Assembly: GCA_950097015.1 (NCBI GenBank)
Contig: CATNEN010000004.1
Location: 186,001-250,000 of the forward strand
Length of the DNA: 64,000 bases
Reading direction: 5' to 3'
Origin: Macrostomum hystrix
Taxonomy: Eukaryota; Animalia; Platyhelminthes
The translations under genes and the position numbers were made by a program. Positions within the stretch are counted from its first letter, which is position 1; each line of letters starts with the position of its first letter. Shown here piece by piece: positions 49,216 to 60,200 of the stretch. The notes below the pieces were generated by a model. That model was not told where the DNA came from. It was given only the letters and a program-made list of their open reading frames with translations, and made no database searches.

Positions 49216-51432
49216 GTATCCTTTTTCTTGAGCTGTCTTTGAGTAAGGAATGTGAAGGTGTCATTAATTAAAGTGCGCTTCATTCAGTTCCTTGAGGTAA
49301 GGACTTTTACCTGTAGTACTACCTTGAACAGGAGCACCTGGAGTGATGACCAACTGACTAATAAGCGGGTGACCCTTGTCCTGCACTAGATCAGCAGGTT
49401 TTACTAAGCCATGCTTTATTAAAATGCCTAAGCGGGCGATCAAATTACACGCCTTAGTAATATTAGGTGTTGGTGTCCGCGGACAGTCTCCATGGGAGGG
49501 CTTTCTTGGAATTCGTACCAATATTTAAGACCAAATACCCAGCCCGATAGCATTGTTGACAGTTTGCCCCGGCCAGATTTTGATGAATCTAGTTGCGTCG
49601 GTGTGTGGACAGCGATAGAAGCGCGTGGCTTCGGTGGGCAGGTTAATTACTCCTCATTTTTTTCATTTTACTATATAGCTCTGCGCTATTGAATTTCCAC
49701 CTGGCCTTACGTGTGTCTATGTGCACGAACCATAGCAGCTGATTTCATATACAACACGAATATTTTAGAATAGATAGGCCTTCATTTCTGGCTTATAGAA
49801 TATATATAATGGTGAGGCTCTCTGCATTCGCATATGACAATCCCGCATTGTAGAGGGGTAGCTGAATGGGCAACAGCTGTTTCTGCAACAGCATGCGACT
49901 TCCCAACCCTAATCGGCAGGCCCCTCTATTTTGTTTACCCTTTAGCACACTGGCCTGGGATAGGGATAAGGGTTGGGACCTCCACTCTCTTCCTCCCTTT
50001 CTCTCTCGGCTTCTTCCTTCCGCGTGGGGGAACCATGCAGGAGTGTCTCGGAGTCTCACGAGCGTCGACACAATGACCGCAGCTGCCGCTGCTAGCCACC
50101 CCTGATCCCGCTACCCTTGGCTCTAACTGCGGCCATTGTCTCCGCAGTTTTGAGCAGCTGCTCACTGTTGCTCAGTGTTTGTTAGGCCTGCGCTCTGTTG
50201 GCTTCTGAGTCTCTCTGAGTCCCTGCCATAGCCCCATGTAGAATCTTCTTGTCTTCATTTTCGCCACTTTGTGCGCAAATATAGTCGAAAACTTCTCCAG
50301 ACAGCTGAAGGTATGTCAACGTTCCCACTCGGATTATTCGAAATCCCCTCGAAGCCTGATCCCATGGGAATATTTCAGGCTTCGCAGACAACAATAGTGA
50401 AGGGGAAATGTGATAACGAGCTGCCCTCTCCGGATCCCAATTGACTCCCGAGGATCATTGTGGGGGGCTGGCTTTGAGTAGGCCTATCCGTTTTCCCAAA
50501 AGTTGCGTCACTCGAGTAATCATTAAACCTGAGGAAGCTAGTCCAGAGGATATGAGCTCAGAATTCGCTAAAATCTTAATTTTACACGTCAGCAGAGGGC
50601 GGTGTGGTAGGCTCCAGTGTAAATGCTTTCTGCCCCAGCCACACAAATCGGTCTCCACTTCCGGGCCGGCTGCAGAAAAACAACTGGCGCAAGACACGCA
50701 GCACTGCATTGTAGGTAAAGAGAAGGAAAAGAGGCAAAAAATCGATAGATCTAATCGATTGGATTCCAGTATTATTGGATCTATTCGACTGCAGGCTACA
50801 GCCATAGGAGCGTGCTTTCTGTCAAATCCTAGAACATAAAATTAGCAATGCCATTATCGATTAGCCTAGCAACCACCCCAGCCGCGCGCACCTCCGATCA
50901 GATTGTTGTGCGGGAGAGCCACGAAATGTGCACTTCGACAGCATTGCAAGGCGGCGCCGCTGCTGCCTGGCGGACAGCTGTTGCCCCCGGCCTTCATATT
51001 AAGGCTTCAAGGCTATAGACTCAAAAACACTGGACTGGCCTATCGACATTTGCCTTACAGCTGGCGTTACTAATTCTCCTTTTGGGATTTTTCAAACCCG
51101 ATTCTTCCCAACTCAGCAGAGACCCTCCCCCGACTTCCCAGGGGAAACAATGAATTCCATTCAAGCTGTTGCCCGGTTGGCTCATTATGACCGGCTTTGG
51201 AGGATTGTAAATTTGACTCTGGTTTGCTCTAGCTGTAGTTCAATGGTGCGATATGCATTAGCAAAATGCATAATGGACTAAGAAGTCTGTTTTATTGGGC
51301 TTAATCACGGCTTATTGCTAGTGATTAGTTGCTGTTGTTGTTATTGGGTTTGTCTGTAACACATGAGCGGTGCCTGATGAAGTTTTGCTTGCTTTCCTTA
51401 ACCACAAAATCAAAACAACAAAACAAAATCAG
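49216..51432 (+). other. U12-type (minor spliceosome) GT-AG intron of ESRP, 2217 nt
   Basis: 5'ss GTATCCTTT at 49216-24, branch site TTTCCTTAAC at 51393-402, then an A-rich spacer with no AG and CAG at 51430-32. Joining restores the ESRP reading frame. Confidence 0.88.
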
Positions 51433-51522
51433 CCCTGGAAATGCAGTTCGACAATTCGCCCGACTATGGCACCAAGCAGTGCATTGCAATGTCTCGTGTG
51501 ATTAGCAGGCTGCTCAACGATG
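51433..51522 (+). CDS. ESRP1: ESRP coding exon 4 (LEMQFDNSPDYGTKQCIAMSRVISRLLND)
   Basis: Own translation. Phase 1 in and out (G|GTGAGT). Aligns by eye to the ESRP1 segment [30 protein letters not shown]. Confidence 0.82.
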
Positions 51523-51862
51523 GTGAGTTTATTGGGAGCTGACCCACCTGTAGTATTATATAGTAAAATGATATACTCATACAGTCTTTCAAGAGTTATA
51601 ACTAATCGTAAAACTATTTTACTAAATCTTAAGGCTGAGATCTATAATCACAGTTTTCAAATCCCAAATCCAAATCCTCATATCAAACCAGAATCCCATT
51701 AGCATAATTCAGAAACTCGAGGTCTAGATCCTGAATCCCAATATCATATTCAGCAGATTAAAAGTCCCGGATTCTCATATTCTGCATTCTAAGACTCTGA
51801 TTCCGAATCGCCATTCCCAGATCCGAGTTTAAAATCGAAAGATGCCCAACTTCCAATTGCAG

Positions 51863-51917
51863 GCCACATGTTCAAGGAGCCAGAGAAAGTTAACCAGTTC
51901 TACTACCCGGCCATTGT
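51863..51917 (+). CDS. ESRP1: ESRP coding exon 5 (GHMFKEPEKVNQFYYPAIV), 55 nt
   Basis: Acceptor TTGCAG| and donor GT|GTGAGT, phase 1/2. Matches the ESRP H.F..PE.VN motif. Confidence 0.88.
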
Positions 51918-52679
51918 GTGAGTTATTAAATGATCGAATGTGTCTATATGCGGGTGTGTGTGTTCTCATGGCCATGAAATGTTGAGCACATGCAGTGTCA
52001 TGCTCGGTCCGGCTTTCCCAGAACATCCGGCCCCCTAAAATAGGAAAACAGGCCACCGGCCCGCAAAAAGGGAAGGAAATCCCATATTGGGTTCTCGCTG
52101 TTAGCAAGAGAAAGGAATGAATGAGCTAAGCAATAATCTAGCTGAGCACTCTGAGCCCTTACCCCGAACTGGCTGGGAAATGGGAGCGGGATTTGAGCAC
52201 AGTATCGCATCCCCAGCGGCTACTCATCCCTCTGGTTATCACTGCCCTGGCTATTCCCAAGCGTGCGACAAAGCAGTTTATAAATTTAACTGTTTGCTAA
52301 TCGCGCTGGTCCTTCCGTCCCACATTTCCGGTCTCTTCCCCTAGAAAATCGTATCTTCCCATGGTCTCTTCTCCCTTCTCTTGCCTTGCCAGCGCTGGCT
52401 TCCGCTTAAAAAAGCCGGCCGATTTGGAAATTCAGCCCTCCGTCCCAACTGTTGACACCCACTCCACATTGAGATATTGGGGGGTTTAGGTTGCTTATAG
52501 CTTTCTTTTTCTAGCAATTGTTAAACCGAGTGGAATTAGTGATTCTGTAATACCCAGATCCCTAATCCTGCATCCTAAATCCCAAAATCTCTAAATCTTC
52601 AATCCCAGATCCCGAATCCCCAACGCCCAGGTCCAGAATCTTCTTCGTGTCTTTTCCTAACCCAAGATACCGAATCTAG

Positions 52680-53312
52680 TTCCGATCCCCAGATCCTGAA
52701 TCTAGTCCCAATCCCCAGATCCCGAATCTAGCCCTTAATCCCCAGATCCTGAATCTAGCCCCAATCCCCAGATCCTGAATCTAGCCCCGATCCCCAGATC
52801 CTGAATCTAGCCCCGATCCCCAGATCCTGAATCTAGCCCCAATCCCCAGATCCTGAATCTAGCCCCAATCCCCAGATCCTGAATCTAACCCCAATCCCCA
52901 GATCCTGAATCTAGTCCCAATCCCCAGATCCCGAGTATAGTCCCGATCCCCAGATCCCGAATCTAGCCCCGATCCCCAGATCCTGAATCTAACCCCGATC
53001 CCCAGATCCTGAATCCAGCCCCGATCCTCAGATCCTGTATCTAGCCCCAATCCCCAAGTCCTGAAACTACCCCCGATCCCCAGATCCTGAATCCAGCCCC
53101 GATCCCCAGATCCTGAATCTAACCCCGATCCCCAGATCCTGAATCCAGCCCCGATCCCCAGATCCTGTATCTAGCCCCAATCCCCAAGTCCTGAAACTAC
53201 CCCCGATCCCCAGATCCTGAATCCAGCCCCGATCCCCAGATCCTGTATCTAGCCCCAATCCCCAGATCCTGAATCTAGCCCCAATCCCCAGATCCTGAAT
53301 CTAGCCCTGATC
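52680..53312. repeat. Tandem repeat, 26-bp unit CCCCAGATCCTGAATCTAGCCCC(A/G)AT (ESRP intron 5)
   Basis: Unit read directly. Degenerate relatives at ~51640-51830 and 52550-52680. Confidence 0.94.
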
Positions 53313-53780
53313 CTCGTTCTTCTGTACGTCTACAGGAATGTGCATCTACAGAAAGAACTGCAGGATGTCTAATAGTTTACCCTCCAAGCATGATAGTGTT
53401 GTGCTGTGGCGATAAAATTTTGAAATCCAAAATCCTAAAACAGAATTGGGCCACATGTAACAAGATATGCGAGCTAGATTAACTGAGTCACTTTTACCTT
53501 AGATGTCTATACTGGTGTAGTGTTTTTTTTTTTAGTTGAATGTATCTAAAATTTGGGAAACTTCTATTGGCCCAGACTAAATCCCTCGGCAATTAAGCCA
53601 GTGGATTATAGAAAATTTGCTTTCCAAAGAGAAATGTACCAGACAAATATTGCAAAATTTCTGTGGGAAATTGAATTTTTTGGGATCCGAAAAGGCTTTG
53701 GGAAATGAGATTAATTCGATTTTACTTTTTGACATACAATGAGCTAAAACAAATACTCCTAGTTTAAATAAAAAGCTCTT

Positions 53781-54255
53781 TGGGATTCAGATCAAGAAAT
53801 GGGGTTTTGGGATTCAGATCAAGAAATGGGGTTTTGGGATTCAGATCAAGAAATGGGGTTTTGGGATTCAGATCAAGAAATGGGGTTTTGGGATTCAGAT
53901 CAAGAAATGGGGTTTTGGGATTCAGATCAAGAAATGGGGTTTCGGGATTCAGATCAAGAAATGGGGTTTCGGGATTCAGATCAAGAAATGGGGTTTTGGG
54001 ATTCAGATCAAGAAATGGGGTTTTGGGATTCAGATCAAGAAATGGGGTTTTGGGATTCAGATCAAGAAATGGGGTTTCGGGATTCAGATCAAGAAATGGG
54101 GTTTTGGGATTCAGATCAAGCAATGGGGTTTTGGGATTCAGATCAAGAAATGGGGTTTTGGGATTCAGATCAAGAAATGGGGTTTTGGGATTCAGATCAA
54201 GAAATGGGGTTTTGGGATTCAGATCAAGAAATGGGGTTTCGGGATTCAGATCAGG
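53781..54255. repeat. Tandem repeat, 27-bp unit GGGATTCAGATCAAGAAATGGGGTTTT
   Basis: About 17 copies that grade directly into the next array. Confidence 0.96.
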
Positions 54256-57200
54256 GATTGGGGATTAAAAGATTCAGATCAGGAATTGGCGATTAAAGAT
54301 TCAGATCAGGAATTGGGTATTAAAGATTCAGATCAGGAATTGGGGATTAAAGATTCAGATCAGGAATTGGGGATTAAAGATTCAGATCAGGAATTGGCGA
54401 TTAAAGATTCAGATCAGGAATTGGGGATTAAAGATTCAGATCAGGAATTGGCGATTAAAGATTCAGATCAGGAATTGGGGATTAAAGATTCAGATCAGGA
54501 ATTAGGATTAAAGATTCAGATCAGGAATTGGGTATTAAAGATTCAGATCAGGAATTGGGGATTAAAGATTCAGATCAGGAATTGGGGATTAAAGATTCAG
54601 ATCAGGAATTGGGGATTAAAGATTCAGATCAGGAATTGGGTATTAAAGATTCAGATCAGGAATTGGGGATTAAAGATTCAGATCAGGAATTGGGGATTAA
54701 AGATTCAGATCAGGAATTGGGTATTAAAGATTCAGATCAGGAATTGGGGATTAAAGATTCAGATCAGGAATTGGGGATTAAAGATTCAGATCAGGAATTG
54801 GGTATTAAAGATTCAGATCAGGAATTGGGGATTAAAGATTCAGATCAGGAATTGGGGATTAAAGATTCAGATCAGGAATTAGGATTAAAGATTCAGATCA
54901 CGAATTGGGGATTAAAGATTCAGATCAGGAATTGGGGATTAAAGATTCAGATCACGAATTGGGGATTAAAGATTCAGATCAGGAATTGGGGATTAAAGAT
55001 TTAGATCAGGAATTGGGGATTAAAGATTCAGATCAGGAATTGGGTATTAAAGATTCAGATCAGGAATTGGGGATTAAAGATTCAGATCAGGAATTGGGGA
55101 TTAAAGATTCAGATCAGGAATTGGGGATTAAAGATTCAGATCAGGAATTGGGGATTAAAGATTCAGATCAGGAATTGGGGATTAAAGATTCAGATCAGGA
55201 ATTGGGTATTAAAGATTCAGATCAGGAATTGGGGATTAAAGATTCAGATCAGGAATTGGGGATTAAAGATTCAGATCAGGAATTGGGGATTAAAGATTCA
55301 GATCAGGAATTAGGATTAAAGATTCAGATCAGGAATTGGGGATTAAAGATTCAGATCAGGAATTGGGGATTAAAGATTCAGATCAGGAATTGGCGATTAA
55401 AGATTCAGATCAGGAATTGGGGATTAAAGATTCAGATCAGGAATTAGGTATTAAAGATTCAGATCAGGAATTGGGGATTAAAGTTCAGATCAGGAATTGG
55501 GGATTAAAGATTCAGATCAGGAATTGGGTATTAAAGATTCAGATCAGGAATTGGGGATTAAAGATTCAGATCAGGAATTGGGGATTAAAGATTCAGATCA
55601 GGAATTGGGGATTAAAGTTCAGATCAGGAATTGGGGATTAAAGATTCAGATCAGGAATTGGGGATTAAAGTTGAGATCAGGAATTAGGTATTAAAGTTCA
55701 GATCAGGAATTGGGTATTAAAGATTCAGATCAGGAATTAGGATTAAAGATTCAGATCAGGAATTGGGGATTAAAGATTCAGATCAGGAATTGGGGATTAA
55801 AGATTCAGATCAGGAATTGGGTATTAAAGATTCAGATCAGGAATTAGGATTAAAGATTCAGATCAGGAATTGGGGATTAAAGATTCAGATCAGGAATTGG
55901 GGATTAAAGATTCAGATCAGGAATTGGGGATTAAAGATTCAGATCAGGAATTGGGGATTAAAGATTCAGATCAGGAATTGGGGATTAAAGATTCAGATCA
56001 GGAATTGGGGATTAAAGATTCAGATCAGGAATTGGCGATTAAAGATTCAGATCAGGAATTAGGTATTAAAGTTCAGATCAGGAATTGGGGATTAAAGATT
56101 CAGATCAGGAATTGGGGATTAAAGATTTAGATCAGGAATTGGGGATTAAAGATTCAGATCAGGAATTGGGGATTAAAGATTCAGATCAGGAATTGGGGAT
56201 TAAAGATTCAGATCAGGAATTGGCGATTAAAGATTCAGATCAGGAATTGGGGATTAAAGATTCAGATCAGGAATTAGGATTAAAGATTCAGATCAGGAAT
56301 TAGGTATTAAAGATTTAGATCAGGAATTGGGGATTAAAGATTCAGATCAGGAATTGGGGATTAAAGATTCAGATCAGGAATTGGGGATTAAAGTTCAGAT
56401 CAGGAATTGGGGATTAAAGATTCAGATCAGGAATTGGGGATTAAAGTTCAGATCAGGAATTGGGGATTAAAGATTCAGATCAGGAATTGGGGATTAAAGA
56501 TTCAGATCAGGAATTAGGATTAAAGATTCAGATCAGGAATTAGGATTAAAGATTCAGATCAGGAATTGGGGATTAAAGATTCAGATCAGGAATTGGCGAT
56601 TAAAGATTCAGATCAGGAATTGGGGATTAAAGATTCAGATCAGGAATTGGGGATTAAAGATTCAGATCAGGAATTGGGGATTAAAGTTCAGATCAGGAAT
56701 TGGGGATTAAAGATACAGATCAGGAATTGGCGATTAAAGATTCAGATCAGGAATTAGGATTAAAGATTCAGATCAGGAATTAGGATTAAAGATTCAGATC
56801 AGGAATTAGGATTAAAGATTCAGATCAGGAATTAGGATTAAAGATTCAGATCAGGAATTGGGGATTAAAGATTCAGATCAGGAATTGGCGATTAAAGATT
56901 CAGATCAGGAATTAGGATTAAAGATACAGATCAGGAATTGGCGATTAAAGATACAGATCAGGAATTGGGGATTAAAGATTCAGATCAGGAATTAGGATTA
57001 AAGATTCAGATCAGGAATTGGGGATTAAAGATTCAGATCAGGAATTGGCAATTAAAGATTCAGATCAGGAATTAGGATTAAAGATTCAGATCACGAATTG
57101 GGGATTAAAGATTCAGATCAGGAATTGGCGATTAAAGTTCAGATCAGGAATTAGGATTAAAGATTCAGATCACGAATTGGGGATTAAAGATTCAGATCAG

Positions 57201-60200
57201 GAATTGGCGATTAAAGTTCAGATCAGGAATTGGGGATTAAAGATTCAGATCAGGAATTGGGGATTAAAGTTCAGATCAGGAATTGGGGATTAAAGATTCA
57301 GATCAGGAATTGGGGATTAAAGTTCAGATCAGGAATTGGGGATTAAAGATTCAGATCAGGAATTGGGGATTAAAGATTCAGATCAGGAATTGGCGATTAA
57401 AGTTCAGATCAGGAATTAGGATTAAAGATTCAGATCAGGAATTGGCGATTAAAGATTCAGATCAGGAATTAGGATTAAAGATTCAGATCAGGAATTGGGT
57501 ATTAAAGATTCAGATCAGGAATTGGGGATTAAAGGTTCAGATCAGGAATTGGGGATTAAAGATTCAGATCAGGAATTAGGTATTAAAGATTCAGATCAGG
57601 AATTGGGGATTAAAGATTCAGATCAGGAATTAGGGATTAAAAGATTCAGATCAGGAATTAGGATTAAAGATTCAGATCACGAATTGGGGATTAAAGATTC
57701 AGATCAGGAATTGGGGATTAAAGATACAGATCAGGAATTGGCGATTAAAGATACAGATCAGGAATTGGGGATTAAAGATTCAGATCAGGAATTAGGATTA
57801 AAGATTCAGATCAGGAATTAGGGATTAAAGATTCAGATCAGGAATTGGGGATTAAAGATTCAGATCAGGAATTGGGGATTAAAGATTCAGATCAGGAATT
57901 GGGGATTAAAGATTCAGATCAGGAATTAGGTATTAAAGATTCAGATCAGGAATTGGGGATTAAAGATTCAGATCAGGAATTGGGTATTAAAGATTCAGAT
58001 CAGGAATTGGGGATTAAAGATTCAGATCAGGAATTGGGGATTAAAGATTCAGATCAGGAATTAGGATTAAAGATTCAGATCAGGAATTAGGGATTAAAGA
58101 TTCAGATCAGGAATTAGGGATTAAAGATTCAGATCAGGAATTGGGGATTAAAGATTCAGATCAGGAATTAGGATTAAAGATTCAGATCAGGAATTAGGTA
58201 TTAAAGATTTAGATCAGGAATTGGGGATTAAAGATTCAGATCAGGAATTGGGGATTAAAGATTCAGATCAGGAATTGGCGATTAAAGATTCAGATCAGGA
58301 ATTGGGGATTAAAGATTCAGATCAGGAATTGGGTATTAAAGATTCAGATCAGGAATTGGGGATTAAAGATTCAGATCAGGAATTGGGGATTAAAGTTCAG
58401 ATCAGGAATTGGGGATTAAAGATTCAGATCAGGAATTGGGGATTAAAGTTGAGATCAGGAATTAGGTATTAAAGATTCAGATCAGGAATTAGGTATTAAA
58501 GATTCAGATCAGGAATTGGGGATTAAAGTTGAGATCAGGAATTAGGTATTAAAGATTCAGATCAGGAATTAGGTATTAAAGATTCAGATCAGGAATTGGG
58601 GATTAAAGATTCAGATCAGGAATTGGGGATTAAAGATTCAGATCAGGAATTGGGGATTAAAGATTCAGATCAGGAATTGGGGATTAAAGATTCAGATCAG
58701 GAATTGGGGATTAAAGATTCAGATCAGGAATTAGGTATTAAAGATTCAGATCAGGAATTGGGGATTAAAGATTCAGATCAGGAATTGGGGATTAAAGATT
58801 CAGATCAGGAATTGGGGATTAAAGATTCAGATCAGGAATTGGGGATTAAAGATTCAGATCAGGAATTAGGTATTAAAGATTCAGATCAGGAATTGGGGAT
58901 TAAAGATTCAGATCAGGAATTGGGGATTAAAGATTCAGATCAGGAATTGGGGATTAAAGATTCAGATCAGGAATTGGGGATTAAAGATTCAGATCAGGAA
59001 TTGGGGATTAAAGATTCAGATCAGGAATTGGGGATTAAAGATTCAGATCAGGAATTGGCGATTAAAGATTCAGATCAGGAATTGGGGATTAAAGTTCAGA
59101 TCAGGAATTGGCGATTAAAGTTCAGATCAGGAATTGGCGATTAAAGATTCAGATCAGGAATTGGGGATTAAAGTTCAGATCAGGAATTGGCGATTAAAGA
59201 TTCAGATCAGGAATTGGGGATTAAAGATTTAGATCAGGAATTGGGGATTAAAGATTCAGATCAGGAATTGGCGATTAAAGATTCAGATCAGGAATTGGGG
59301 ATTAAAGTTCAGATCAGGAATTGGCGATTAAAGTTCAGATCAGGAATTGGGGATTAAAGTTCAGATCAGGAATTGGGGATTAAAGATTCAGATCAGTAAT
59401 TGGGGATTAAAGTTCAGATCAGGAATTGGGATTAAAGATTCAGATCAGGAATTGGCGATTAAAGTTCAGATCAGGAATTGGGGATTAAAGATTCAGATCA
59501 GGAATTAGGTATTAAAGGTTCAGATCAGGAATTGGCGATTAAAGATTCAGATCAGGAATTGGGGATTAAAGATTCAGATCAGGAATTGGGTATTAAAGAT
59601 TCAGATCAGGAATTGGGTATTAAAGATTCAGATCAGGAATTGGGTATTAAAGATTCAGATCAGGAATTGGGTATTAAAGATTCAGATCAGGAATTGGGGA
59701 TTAAAGATTCAGATCAGGAATTGGGGATTAAAGATTCAGATCAGGAATTGGGGATTAAAGATTCAGATCAGGAATTGGGGATTAAAGATTCAGATCAGGA
59801 ATTGGGGATTAAAGATTCAGATCAGGAATTGGGTATTAAAGATTCAGATCAGGAATTAGGTATTAAAGATTCAGATCAGGAATTGGGGATTAAAGATTCA
59901 GATCAGGAATTGGGGATTAAAGATTCAGATCAGGAATTAGGTATTAAAGATTCAGATCAGGAATTAGGTATTAAAGATTCAGATCAGGAATTAGGTAATA
60001 AAGATTCAGATCAGGAATTAGGTATTAAAGATTCAGATCAGGAATTGGGGATTAAAGATTCAGATCAGGAATTGGGGATTAAAGATTCAGATCAGGAATT
60101 AGGTATTAAAGATTCAGATCAGGAATTGGGGATTAAAGATTCAGATCAGGAATTGGGGATTAAAGATTCAGATCAGGAATTGGGGATTAAAGATTCAGAT

